Positions 1 to 9,347 of a stretch of DNA of 45,800 nt are shown here, piece after piece. Source of the DNA: Chloroflexota bacterium (GTDB taxonomy: Bacteria; Chloroflexota; Limnocylindria; Limnocylindrales; CSP1-4). Under the pieces are notes generated by a model. That model saw only the letters and a list, made by a program, of their open reading frames with translations, was not told where the DNA came from and did no database searches. The translations under genes were made by a program, and so were the position numbers. Positions within the stretch are counted from its first letter, which is position 1. The number at the start of each line of letters is the position of its first letter. The stretch is taken from contig JACQEG010000111.1 in NCBI GenBank assembly GCA_016200665.1, positions 1 through 45,800 of the forward strand. The letters are read 5' to 3'.

Positions 1-122
1 GATTTGACCGTCCAGAGGGGCGCGCTCGTCGCGTTCATACCCCCGACGTAAGAGGAATGTGGAACCGAGCCGCGGGATAGGCCCGTTCAGGGGCAACGGT
101 CGCTGGACGGCGGGCTCTGCCC

Positions 123-770
123 TCAGCGGCGCAACACCGCCGGATCCCCGGGTTGGATCTCCGGATGGCGCCTGGCGAGCCAGTCGACGATGGCCCAGTA
201 GGTCGTCTTGAACGCGATGCCGTCCCATGGGATCGCGTCCGGCGCGAAGGTCCGGACCTCGAGCGATTCCGGGCTGGTCGCCGGCTCGCCGCCCATGACG
301 CGGGCCTCGAAGGCGAGCACCACCACGGCCGCCTCGAGGCGCGTGTAGAGGCCCACGATCTCGCCCGGCTCGACGATGAGGCCGGTCTCCTCGAGGGTCT
401 CGCGCCGGGCGGCCTCGGTCACCGTCTCGTCGACCTCGAGAAAGCCTCCGGGCTGGGCCCACGAGCCGATGCCCGGCTCGATGCCACGGCGGATGAGCAC
501 GAGCTCGCCATCGTCGGTCAGGGGCAGCGTCGTGACGACGAGCCGTGGATTCACGTAGGCGACGAAGCCGCACGACAGGCACGCGAGCCGGTGGCGCTCC
601 TCGCCGGGGACCTCGCCGAAGTGCAGCTCCGCGCCGCACCGCGAGCAGTACGTGATCGAGGCCGCGAGCCAGGACGGGATGCCGCGACCGGACTCGATGT
701 CGGTCGGGCGCGCGTCGAGGCCACGATCGGACCCAGACTCGAGGGAGCGGTCGGCCGTTGGCTTCGTCAC
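123..770 (-). CDS. NUDIX hydrolase with N-terminal zinc ribbon
   Basis: CSRCG...CLSCG zinc ribbon and Nudix box GGFLEVDETVTEAARRETLEETG. The GTG start at 770 overlaps the upstream stop (GTGA). Confidence 0.9.
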   Translation of the reverse strand: MTKPTADRSLESGSDRGLDARPTDIESGRGIPSWLAASITYCSRCGAELHFGEVPGEERHRLACLSCGFVAYVNPRLVVTTLPLTDDGELVLIRRGIEPGIGSWAQPGGFLEVDETVTEAARRETLEETGLIVEPGEIVGLYTRLEAAVVVLAFEARVMGGEPATSPESLEVRTFAPDAIPWDGIAFKTTYWAIVDWLARRHPEIQPGDPAVLRR

Positions 771-1213
771 GCCGTCAGCACCACGATCCAGGCGGCGGCG
801 ATGACGAGGATTCCGATCGAGCCAACGGCGACCCACGACAGCCGGAACAGCCCGCGCCCGCGATTCACCGGCATCCAGGCCCAGGCGCTCCGCCAGATCC
901 GGAGGATCGCGTCGCCGGTCGTGAGCACGAGGATCGGGCCGCCGACGAGGACGCATAGCTTCACCAGCGGGCTGCCGAACGTCGAGCCCGTCTCGAGGGC
1001 GGTGATCGCGACGAACCCGGCGACGAGGGCGATCGCCGACAGGTTGATGTAATGCCGCTGGAGCGGGGTTGGGGCGGTCTCGGGGATCCGGTCGGGCGGC
1101 CGTGACGCGGCCGCCGCCGCGAGCGGTGACGCAAGGTCACGCGGCGCCACGGAGGCCGGCAGGCCCTGACGATCGAGCACGGGCATCCCGGGCTCCCAGC
1201 GCGGATCGTCCAT
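767..1213 (-). CDS. Small membrane protein (about 3 TM helices), unknown function
   Basis: Hydrophobic segments. ATG at 1213 is preceded by TAGGCT 7 nt upstream (leaderless-type -10) and the gene is coupled to the NUDIX gene. Confidence 0.7.
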   Translation of the reverse strand: MDDPRWEPGMPVLDRQGLPASVAPRDLASPLAAAAASRPPDRIPETAPTPLQRHYINLSAIALVAGFVAITALETGSTFGSPLVKLCVLVGGPILVLTTGDAILRIWRSAWAWMPVNRGRGLFRLSWVAVGSIGILVIAAAWIVVLTA

Positions 1214-1223
1214 GGCGGGAAGC

Positions 1224-1724
1224 CTAGACCGGCTCCTCGTTGGACGGGTCGTCCATGACCATCCGCGTCTGATCGGCGCGGTAGGCCGCCAGCCGGCCCG
1301 CAAGGGCGGCGTCGGACAGGGCGAGGATCTCGACGGCGAGCAAGGCGGCGTTCTCGGCGTTGCCGATCGCGACCGTCGCGACGGGGATGCCGCGCGGCAT
1401 CTGGACGATCGACAGCAGCGAATCGAGGCCGCCGAGGTGCTGGGTCGGGATCGGGACGCCGATCACCGGCAGCGTCGTCTTGGCCGCGAGCATGCCCGGC
1501 AGGTGGGCCGCACCGCCGGCGCCGGCGACGATGACGCGGATCCCGCGCGCCGCAGCGGTCTCGGCATATCGGAACAGGTGGTCGGGTGTCCGATGGGCCG
1601 ACACGACCCGCAGTTCGCAGGGGACCTCGAGCATCTCGAGGACGGCCGTGGCCATCTCGAGGATGGGGAAGTCCGACCGGCTGCCGCCGACGACTCCGAC
1701 GAGCGGCCGCTTTGCGTCAGCCAC
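1224..1724 (-). CDS. purE: N5-carboxyaminoimidazole ribonucleotide mutase
   Basis: [29 protein letters not shown] and IPVATVAIG motifs; adjacent to purK. Confidence 0.96.
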   Translation of the reverse strand: MADAKRPLVGVVGGSRSDFPILEMATAVLEMLEVPCELRVVSAHRTPDHLFRYAETAAARGIRVIVAGAGGAAHLPGMLAAKTTLPVIGVPIPTQHLGGLDSLLSIVQMPRGIPVATVAIGNAENAALLAVEILALSDAALAGRLAAYRADQTRMVMDDPSNEEPV

Positions 1725-3507
1725 GCGAGGCCCCGTTCGTCGCGGGGTCGCCGTCCGGCACGCCGGCGCCGTCCGGCGCCCACGACAGGAGCATCCGGGC
1801 CTGGCGGGCCTTCGCGAGCGCCTCGTCCGGGTCTCGCCCAAGTGCCGTCACGTGGCCCATCTTCCGCCGATCGAAGACCTCGCGCTTGTCGTACAGGTGG
1901 ACGTGGACGTCGGGCACGCGGAGCGCGTCGGCAATACCGTGCAGCGCCGCCGGGCGGCGCGGCCCGTCGCCCAGGATGTTGACCGTCGCGGCGGCCGGAG
2001 CGCGCATCTCGACCGAGCCCAGCGGCAGGCCACAGATCGCCCGGACGTGCTGCTCGAACTGGCTCGTGACCGCGCCCTCGATCGTCCAATGGCCGCTGTT
2101 GTGGACCCGCGGCGCGAGCTCGTTGACGACGAGCGAGCCGTCCGCCATGAGGAACAGCTCCGCGGTGAGCACGCCGACCAGGCCCATCCCCGTCGCGAGG
2201 AGCTCGCCGAGCTCCTGCGCCGCCCGGACCACCTCGTCACCGAACCCGCATGGCACGACCGACTCGATGAGGATCCCCTCGTCGTGGACGTTGCGGGCCG
2301 GTGGGTAGGCGGCCAGCGTTCCGTCGGCCGCGCGCGCCACCACGATGGACAGCTCGGCCTGGAACGCCAGCTCGCGCTCCACGAGCATCGAACCGGAGAT
2401 CTCGTGGCTCACGAGATGGGCCTCGACGTCCGCCGCGGACGCCAGCCGCCACTGGCTCCGGCCGTCGTAGCCGCCGATGCTGGCCTTCAGCCGGACCGGG
2501 TAGCCGAGGTCCGATGCGGCGGCGCGCACCTCGTCGGCCGACGAGACCGGCCGCCACGGGGCGACCGGCACGCCGTTGCTCTCCAGGAAGCGCCGTTCGG
2601 CCAGCCGATCCTGGGTGATCTTCAGCGGGTACGGCCCGGGCCGGATCGGGCGCGTGCCGTCGTCGATCCCGGAGACGAGCGGCGCCGAGACATGCTCCAG
2701 CTCGTAGGTCACGACCGCGGCGTCGGCGGCGAGGCGGCGCGCGGCCTCGAGGTCGGCGTAGGTCCCGACCTCGACGCGGTCCGCGATCGCTGCCGCGGGG
2801 CAGGCCGGATCGGGATCCAGGACTGCCACCCGATAGCCGAGCTGGCGGGCCGCGATTCCGACCATCCGACCGAGCTGGCCGCCGCCGAGGATCGCGATCG
2901 TCGCCGGCGGGCTGATCGCCGGGGGCACGAACCCGAGGCGCCGGTAGACGCCGAGGATCCAGGTCGTCTTCGAGTGCGTGTAGCGGAAGCCCTCGACCGG
3001 GCCGGCCTTCGTGATGCCGCGCTTCAGCTCGGTGTACTGACGCTTCAGCTCCGGGTCGTTGCGGAGGGCATCGCGAAAGGCGATGTCGCGCGGGAAGTCA
3101 CCGCCGCGGGGCTGGACGTGGAGGTGGATCCGGAACTGCGCGCCGTCGTAGAGATACGAGCCCACCGGCATCGGCCGGGTCGCCGGCCACGGGTCGGGCC
3201 CCGGCTGGGGCTGGAAGCCGAGGTCATAGAGCATCGCGACGACGCCGGGGATGTCGGACGGCTCGGTCTCGATCGACAGGTCGACGATGCCCTTGCCCGG
3301 CAGGCCCGGGACCGCCGTGCTGCCGATGTGCTCGACAGCCAGGTCCGGCCGGCGCTCCCGGACGAGCTCGCCGATCCGGCGGGCGACCTCGACGGTTCGC
3401 GGGTCCCACTCGTGAACCTCCGCGGTCCGGCGCTCGTATGGCCCGATAGGCCGCGCGCCGGACACGTCGGAAGTGCCGGGTGCAGCGGGCGCGGCTGGCT
3501 CGGTCAC
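1717..3507 (-). CDS. purK: GrpB (UPF0157) domain fused to N5-CAIR synthase PurK
   Basis: N-terminal [22 protein letters not shown] and FRDALR..Y..LK (GrpB). C-terminal [31 protein letters not shown] and RKMGHV (PurK). One uninterrupted frame; GTG 3507 has TACACT 8 nt upstream. Confidence 0.92.
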   Translation of the reverse strand: MTEPAAPAAPGTSDVSGARPIGPYERRTAEVHEWDPRTVEVARRIGELVRERRPDLAVEHIGSTAVPGLPGKGIVDLSIETEPSDIPGVVAMLYDLGFQPQPGPDPWPATRPMPVGSYLYDGAQFRIHLHVQPRGGDFPRDIAFRDALRNDPELKRQYTELKRGITKAGPVEGFRYTHSKTTWILGVYRRLGFVPPAISPPATIAILGGGQLGRMVGIAARQLGYRVAVLDPDPACPAAAIADRVEVGTYADLEAARRLAADAAVVTYELEHVSAPLVSGIDDGTRPIRPGPYPLKITQDRLAERRFLESNGVPVAPWRPVSSADEVRAAASDLGYPVRLKASIGGYDGRSQWRLASAADVEAHLVSHEISGSMLVERELAFQAELSIVVARAADGTLAAYPPARNVHDEGILIESVVPCGFGDEVVRAAQELGELLATGMGLVGVLTAELFLMADGSLVVNELAPRVHNSGHWTIEGAVTSQFEQHVRAICGLPLGSVEMRAPAAATVNILGDGPRRPAALHGIADALRVPDVHVHLYDKREVFDRRKMGHVTALGRDPDEALAKARQARMLLSWAPDGAGVPDGDPATNGASRG

Positions 3508-3515
3508 GGGTCGGA

Positions 3516-3558
3516 AGTGTAGGCGGGGCTTCCACTTGCGACGAGGGGGCCGTATGGT
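3516..3558. promoter_or_regulatory. Back-to-back -10 elements for leaderless divergent genes
   Basis: TACACT on the - strand (3516-3521) is 8 nt before GTG 3507. TATGGT on the + strand (3553-3558) is 6 nt before GTG 3565. No SD at either start. Confidence 0.55.
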
Positions 3559-3564
3559 GCGCCG

Positions 3565-4524
3565 GTGACTGCGGGCGTCCCCGCTCTCGTCGAAGAGATC
3601 GACCACAGCGTCAGTCGCACCAGCGGCTCGCGCCTGCGCCGGGTGCTGGTCCGGAATCCTGCGTTCTGGATCGGCTCGATCGGGGTGCTCGTCATCGCCC
3701 TCGCGGCGGTCCTCGCCCCCGTCATCACCAGTCACGACCCCAACTTCGCGTTTCGCAAGGAGGGGCTGACCGCGGCCGGCAACCCCGTCGGGCCGACCGT
3801 GCTGTTCCCGCTCGGCACCGACCGGCTCGGCCGGGACTACCTGAGCCGGCTCCTGTACGGCGCCCGGACCTCGCTGACGGTCGGGATCGTGGCCAACCTC
3901 ATCGCGACCGCGATCGGCGTGACCATCGGATCCGTGGCTGCGTTCGCCGGCAGCCCGCGCATCCGGATCCGGTTCCGTGGCCGGCGGCGCGAGCTGGCGA
4001 TCCCGGTCGAGAGCCTGCTCATGCGCCTGACCGACGCGGTTCTGTCGTTCCCGGTGCTGCTCTTCGCGATCGCTCTCGTGGCGATCCTGCGGCCGAGCCT
4101 GGGCCTCGTCATCGTCGTCATCGCCGGGGTGCTCTGGACGACGATCGCCCGGATCGTCTACGGCCGCGCGGTGGTGATCCGGGAGCAGGAGTTCATCGTC
4201 GCGGCGCGGGCCGTCGGCGTCCGGTCGTCACGGATCCTCGTCCGGCACGTCATGCCGCACCTGGTCTCGCTGATCGTCGTCTACGCCACGCTCGGGATCG
4301 CCTCGACGATCCAGTTCGAGGCCGCCCTGTCGTTCCTCGGGGTCGGGGTCCCGGTGCCGGCGGCATCGTGGGGCAACATGATCTCCGACAACCTCGGCTA
4401 CTACCGCACCGACCCGCGACTGGTCGTGCTGCCCGGCCTCGCGATCATGGTGACGATCCTCAGCTTCAACCTCCTCGGCGACGCCCTGGCGGACGCCTTC
4501 GATCCACGGCGGTGGGCGAATTGA
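3565..4524 (+). CDS. Peptide/nickel ABC transporter permease (DppC/OppC-like)
   Basis: LGTDRLGRDYLSRLLYGARTSL, EAA-like loop FIVAARAVG, and EAALSFLGVG. Confidence 0.93.
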   Translation: MTAGVPALVEEIDHSVSRTSGSRLRRVLVRNPAFWIGSIGVLVIALAAVLAPVITSHDPNFAFRKEGLTAAGNPVGPTVLFPLGTDRLGRDYLSRLLYGARTSLTVGIVANLIATAIGVTIGSVAAFAGSPRIRIRFRGRRRELAIPVESLLMRLTDAVLSFPVLLFAIALVAILRPSLGLVIVVIAGVLWTTIARIVYGRAVVIREQEFIVAARAVGVRSSRILVRHVMPHLVSLIVVYATLGIASTIQFEAALSFLGVGVPVPAASWGNMISDNLGYYRTDPRLVVLPGLAIMVTILSFNLLGDALADAFDPRRWAN

Positions 4525-4665
4525 ACGATCCGGCCGCCACGAGCATCTCACTGGACGTCGGGACGGGACCGGCGCGAGGAGGGCCGTGCCCGGATCCCCG
4601 CTGAGCCCTGAGCGCGCCATGCGCAGCGAGCGGCCGCTGACCTGCCGCACGGAGGAGGAACGGCC

Positions 4666-6372
4666 TTGACGTCCCCAGCGAAACGGCTGGCCGCCATCAC
4701 GGCGGCGATGGCCATCGCGGTCAGCGCTTGCTCCGGCAACGCGTCGACCGCACCGGAGCAGAGCCCCACCGGGAGCAGCCCCGCGGGTGAATCCGCGACG
4801 GCCAGCCAGCCCACCTCGATCCCGCAGGGCGGGACCATCTCCCTGGCCTACGCCAGCGACTTCCAGCATTTCGACCCGGCGGTGATGTACGACACCGTCG
4901 GGATCGCCGCGGTCCGGCTCATGTTCGATTCGCCGCTCACCTACGACTCGGGCACGAAGCTCGTGCCGCTGCTCGCCTCGGAGATGCCGACCGTCAGCGC
5001 GGACGGCAAGGCCATCACGATCAAGCTCCGGTCCGGCGTGAACTTCGTGAAGGAGGACGGCTCGGTCCTGCGCGAGATGACGGCGGATGACCTCGTCTAC
5101 TCGCTCAACCGGGTCCTGGACCCGAACCTGAAGCCCAACCCCTCGCCCGTCGCCAGCGCGTTCTTCAGCAACATCGTCGGCTCGGCCGACGTGCTCGGCG
5201 GCAAGGCGAAGACGGCCTCCGGGATCAAGATGATCGATGCCCACACCGTCGAGATCGACCTCGATCACGCCGATGCCACGTTCATGAACATCCTCGCCAC
5301 GACCTTCTCGGCGGTCGTGCCGAAGGAGCTCGCGACCGAGGACACGGCGGCCTTCGACCTGGCCCCGGTCGGGACCGGGCCATACCTGCTGAAGAGCTAC
5401 ACGAAGGGCCAGCAGGCGGTCTTCGTCGCCAACAAGAGCTACTGGCAGCCGGGCCAGCCGTACCTCGACGAGATCGACTTCCACGTCGGCGTCGACGACA
5501 ACGCGGCCCTCCAGCAGGTCGAGGCCGGCACCCTCGACATCCTCGGCGACACGATCCCGAGCGGGTCGTTCACCGCCGTCACCACCGACCCCCAGTACGC
5601 CGACCAGATCGTCCACCACACGACGGTCGCGACGTCGTACCTGTCGATGGACACGACCCAGCCGAACGACGGCCCGCTGTCCAAGCTCGCGGTCCGGCAG
5701 GCGATCGAGGAAGGGATCGACAAGGACAACATCCTCAAGATCCAGCACGGCGCCGGCGTCGTCGCGACGTGCATCTTCCCGCCCGACATGCCGGGCTACG
5801 ACCCGAGCTGCAACCCGTACACGTACGACGCCGCCAAGGCCAAGGCAGACCTTGCCGCGGCGGGCTACCCCAGCGGCTTCTCGACGACGATCTACACCGA
5901 CACGACCGACCCCGACCCGGCCATCGCGGCAGCGATCCAGCAGGACCTCGCCGCGATGGGCATCACCGCCGAGATCGTCACCCAGGAGTTCGGGACGTTC
6001 CTCGGCACGATCGAGACGCCCCACGCGGCGCCCCTCGTGTTCGTCGGCTGGTACCAGGACTACCCGGATCCGTCCGACTTCATCGACCCCATCCTGTCGT
6101 GCGCGTCGGCCGTCTCCGGTGGCGCGAACGCGGCCTGGTACTGCAACAAGGACGTGGACACCAAGGCGGCAGCCGCCCGTGCTGAGGCCCTCGGTCCACA
6201 GCGCCTCGCCGACTACCAGGCGATCCAGAAGGAGATCATGGCCGACGCCCCGTGGGTACCGCTCTACCACCAGGACTGGTACACGATGACCTCCAAGCGG
6301 GTCGGCGGGTTCCAGATCCACCCGGTCTGGCTGTACTCCATCCGCGACGTCTACATCAAGCCGGGTTCGTGA
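4666..6372 (+). CDS. Family 5 ABC substrate-binding lipoprotein (DppA/OppA-like)
   Basis: Lipobox AVSAC, FDPA, TADDLVYSLNR, PVGTGPY and WYQDYPDP motifs; SD GGAGGAGG before TTG. Confidence 0.93.
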   Translation: MTSPAKRLAAITAAMAIAVSACSGNASTAPEQSPTGSSPAGESATASQPTSIPQGGTISLAYASDFQHFDPAVMYDTVGIAAVRLMFDSPLTYDSGTKLVPLLASEMPTVSADGKAITIKLRSGVNFVKEDGSVLREMTADDLVYSLNRVLDPNLKPNPSPVASAFFSNIVGSADVLGGKAKTASGIKMIDAHTVEIDLDHADATFMNILATTFSAVVPKELATEDTAAFDLAPVGTGPYLLKSYTKGQQAVFVANKSYWQPGQPYLDEIDFHVGVDDNAALQQVEAGTLDILGDTIPSGSFTAVTTDPQYADQIVHHTTVATSYLSMDTTQPNDGPLSKLAVRQAIEEGIDKDNILKIQHGAGVVATCIFPPDMPGYDPSCNPYTYDAAKAKADLAAAGYPSGFSTTIYTDTTDPDPAIAAAIQQDLAAMGITAEIVTQEFGTFLGTIETPHAAPLVFVGWYQDYPDPSDFIDPILSCASAVSGGANAAWYCNKDVDTKAAAARAEALGPQRLADYQAIQKEIMADAPWVPLYHQDWYTMTSKRVGGFQIHPVWLYSIRDVYIKPGS

Positions 6373-6389
6373 TCCTCCCGAACCCGAAC

Positions 6390-6427
6390 GGCAGCGGAGG
6401 GACCGGTCCGCCGGCCCCTCCGCTGCC
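6390..6427 (+). terminator. Strong hairpin after the SBP gene (mRNA-stabilising or partial terminator)
   Basis: Stem GGCAGCGGAGGGACCGG/CCGGCCCCTCCGCTGCC pairs at 16 of 17 positions with a 4-nt loop; no U-tract. Confidence 0.6.
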
Positions 6428-6440
6428 CTGATCGCCAATC

Positions 6441-7382
6441 GTGATCCCGTACCTGATCCGGCGACTCGGCTGGGGCCTCGTGGTCCTGGTCGGCGTCATG
6501 CTGATCACCTTTCTCCTGACCTACGTCATCCCGGCCGACCCGGCCCGGATGATCGCGGGGGCGAATGCCAGCCCGACGGACGTCGCCGCGATCCGGCGGT
6601 CGCTCGGCCTCGACCGGCCGTTCCTCGAGCAGCTCGCGACCTACGTCGCGAACGTCCTCCACGGCGACTTCGGCTTCTCGTACCACCAGCATCGGGCGGT
6701 CCTGCCACTGCTGCTCGAGCGCTTCCCGGCGACCGCCCAGCTGGCCCTCGCGGGGCTCGCGATCGAGGTCGCGATCGGGCTGCCGTTGGGCATCCTCGCG
6801 GCGACCCGGCGCGGCGGGTTCTGGGACCGCGGCGCCACGATGGTGACGGTCGTCCTCGTGTCCGCCCCGTCGTTCTGGGTCGGCTACCTGCTGCTGGAGG
6901 TCGTGTTCCAGGGCCACCAGAGCTACGGGATCGACATCCTGCCGCTGGGCGGCGGCTACAAGCCGTTCGACCTGCGCTACCTGTTCCTGCCCGCGCTAAC
7001 CCTCGGCTTCGGCGGGGCGGCGTACTACAACCGCCTCATGCGCGCGACGATGCTCGACGAGCTCCACCGCGACTACGTCCGGACCGCCCGGGCGAAGGGC
7101 CTCCAGGAGCGCGCGGTCCTGTGGCGGCACGCCCTCCGCAACGCGATCGGCCCGGTCCTGATCCAGGTCGGGCTCGATCTCGGGTTCTTCCTGGGCGGTG
7201 TGGTCATCGTCGAGCAGGTGTTCAGCTGGCCGGGCATCGGCAAGCTGGCCGTCGACTCGATCGTCACCGCGGACGTGCCGCTCATCATCGGCACGGTCCT
7301 GTTCGGGACGCTGTGCATCGTCACGGCGAATCTGTTCGTCGACATCCTCAATGCCGTGACGGATCCCCGGATCCGGTTCTGA
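6441..7382 (+). CDS. Peptide/nickel ABC transporter permease (DppB/OppB-like)
   Basis: YLIRRL, PADPARMIAG, LGLDRP, DYVRTARAKGL, VFSWPGIG and DPRIR motifs. Confidence 0.94.
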   Translation: MIPYLIRRLGWGLVVLVGVMLITFLLTYVIPADPARMIAGANASPTDVAAIRRSLGLDRPFLEQLATYVANVLHGDFGFSYHQHRAVLPLLLERFPATAQLALAGLAIEVAIGLPLGILAATRRGGFWDRGATMVTVVLVSAPSFWVGYLLLEVVFQGHQSYGIDILPLGGGYKPFDLRYLFLPALTLGFGGAAYYNRLMRATMLDELHRDYVRTARAKGLQERAVLWRHALRNAIGPVLIQVGLDLGFFLGGVVIVEQVFSWPGIGKLAVDSIVTADVPLIIGTVLFGTLCIVTANLFVDILNAVTDPRIRF

Positions 7383-7396
7383 CTCGAGGTGCCCCC

Positions 7397-8356
7397 GTGA
7401 CCTTCTCGATCGTGGCGCTGGACCCGGCGACCGGGGACCTCGGCGTCGCCGTCCAATCGAAGTTCCTCGCCGTCGGCGCGGTCGTCCCGTGGGCCGCCGC
7501 CGGGGTGGGGGCGGTCGCCACCCAGTCGTTCGCCAACGTGGCCTACGGACCGGACGGCCTGGCGGCCCTGCGCGCGGGCGGATCCGCCGCGGACGTCCTG
7601 GCCCGGCTCACCGCCGACGATCCGTTGCGGGATCAGCGCCAGGCCGGGATCGTCGACGCCCACGGCGGCAGCGCCACGTACACCGGCCGCGGCTGCATGG
7701 CCTGGGCCGGCGGACGGACCGGCTCGGGCTGGGCCGCCCAGGGCAACATCCTCGCCGGCTCGGCGGTCGTCGACGGGCTCGCCGACACGTACCTCGCCGG
7801 CGGCGCGCCGTTCCCCGAGCTGCTCGTCACGTGCCTCGCGGCGGCGGACGCCGCGGGCGGCGACCGGCGCGGGCGCGAGTCGGCGGCGCTGTACATCGCC
7901 CGAGCAGGTGGTGGCTACGGTGGCGGAAACGACCGCTACCTCGACCTCCGGGTCGACCAGCACGACGACCCGATCGCGGAGCTCGGCCGGGTCCTCGCCT
8001 TCCACCACCTGTACTTCGACCGGCCGACCGCCCAGGAGCTCCTGCCGCTGACGCCGGCGCTGGCCGCGGAGCTGCGGGCCGACCTTGAGCGTCTCGGCGC
8101 CGGGCCCGGCGGCTGGACCGCCCGGGTCTACGTGCCGATGGATCCGAGCTACGAGCCGAACGATCCCGGCGGCGACGCGGCGCGGCCGTTCGTCGGCGAG
8201 CCGCGACCCCTGCCGGAGGGCTGGAACGACGCCTGGCAGGCCGCCCTCGTCTCGTGGATGGGCGTCGAGAACGTCGAGGAGCGAACGGCGGCACCGGGCT
8301 GGATCGATCCACGCGTCCTGCAGGTCCTCCGTTCGAAGGTCGCCGCCGCGACGTAG
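7397..8356 (+). CDS. DUF1028 family Ntn-hydrolase-like protein with C-terminal putative peptidoglycan-binding domain
   Basis: N-terminal (M)TFSIVALD, GVAVQSKFLAVG, QGNIL, GGDRRGRESAAL and DLRVD motifs; C-terminal WMGVENVEER. Confidence 0.85.
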   Translation: MTFSIVALDPATGDLGVAVQSKFLAVGAVVPWAAAGVGAVATQSFANVAYGPDGLAALRAGGSAADVLARLTADDPLRDQRQAGIVDAHGGSATYTGRGCMAWAGGRTGSGWAAQGNILAGSAVVDGLADTYLAGGAPFPELLVTCLAAADAAGGDRRGRESAALYIARAGGGYGGGNDRYLDLRVDQHDDPIAELGRVLAFHHLYFDRPTAQELLPLTPALAAELRADLERLGAGPGGWTARVYVPMDPSYEPNDPGGDAARPFVGEPRPLPEGWNDAWQAALVSWMGVENVEERTAAPGWIDPRVLQVLRSKVAAAT

Positions 8357-8365
8357 CCTCGCGGG

Positions 8366-9181
8366 GTGAACCGGCCCCGTCAGACGCCACCGGAGCCCGA
8401 GCTCGCGCCCGGGCTCCACGGCCGCGCTCGTGCCGTCCCCGGGATCACGTATCGACTCCTGCGCCTCTGCTGGCGGCTCGCGGCATCCGCGCTTCGGCTG
8501 CGGCTCGTCGTGGAGGGTCGCGAGCACCTGCCGCTCGGGCCGGACGGTCGGCCGGCGGGCCGCTGGATCGCCGCGGTCATGCCGCATCGGACCTGGGTCG
8601 ACCCGTTCATCCCGTGGATCGCGTTGCCCGGCCGGCCGCGGCTGGCCTTCTTCGGTGACGCGCGGACGATGGCGCGCTCGCCGCTCCGGCGCTTCGTCCT
8701 CGACCGGCTCGGCGGCGTCATCCCGATCCCGGCCAGCCACGATCCGGCGACGGTCGCCCTGCACTTCGAGGCGGCCCGGGCGGCGCTCGATGGCGGCATG
8801 GTCTTCTGCCTCATGCCCGAGACCGGCCCGGCGTCCGACCTCGGGCAGATCCGGCGTCTTGGCAGCGGGATCGGCTACATCGCGATTCGCAATCGGGCCG
8901 CGATCGTGCCGCTCGTCCTCGGTGGCAACGACGAGCTGTATCTCGGCCGAACGATCCTGATGCGGGTCCTGCCGCCGCTGGACGCCGGGGTGCTGGCCGG
9001 CCTCGATCCCGCGTCGCCCCTGCCCGAGGCCGGCAGCCAGGCCGAGCGCGAGGCCGTGCACCGGCTGCTCGCCGCCCTCGCGGATCGCGTGGCGCCGGAG
9101 GTCGCGGAGGTCCACCGCCGCTCCGAGCCGCCGGCGGGATCGCGCAGGCGCGGGCGCTTCCTGACGACGCTGTTCCGCTGA
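8366..9181 (+). CDS. Lysophospholipid/glycerolipid acyltransferase family protein (PlsC-like)
   Basis: HX4D motif PHRTWVD, MPETG (PEG-like block) and AIVPLVL. Confidence 0.75.
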   Translation: MNRPRQTPPEPELAPGLHGRARAVPGITYRLLRLCWRLAASALRLRLVVEGREHLPLGPDGRPAGRWIAAVMPHRTWVDPFIPWIALPGRPRLAFFGDARTMARSPLRRFVLDRLGGVIPIPASHDPATVALHFEAARAALDGGMVFCLMPETGPASDLGQIRRLGSGIGYIAIRNRAAIVPLVLGGNDELYLGRTILMRVLPPLDAGVLAGLDPASPLPEAGSQAEREAVHRLLAALADRVAPEVAEVHRRSEPPAGSRRRGRFLTTLFR

Positions 9182-9347
9182 CGCGGCTGCCAGTCGAGGG
9201 CCGGCGACGAGCGCGCCGACGTGGCGCGAGCGGTGGGGCGCTCCGGCTCGCGCGGGCGAGGCCGTTCGGACCGTGACCCGGTCGGGCAACCGCCCGTAGC
9301 GTGACCCTGGGAAGGGCCGTGCCGGATCGGGTGCCGGCGGGGATTCG

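Noticed and set aside
1-38. Possible start of a minus-strand gene running off the left edge (ATG at 38)
   Set aside because: Only 12 codons are visible, so it cannot be supported.
4580-9328. Similar AGGGCCGTGCC(C)GGATC strings in two intergenic regions (about 4580 and 9313)
   Set aside because: Short and GC-rich with only two copies; compatible with chance.
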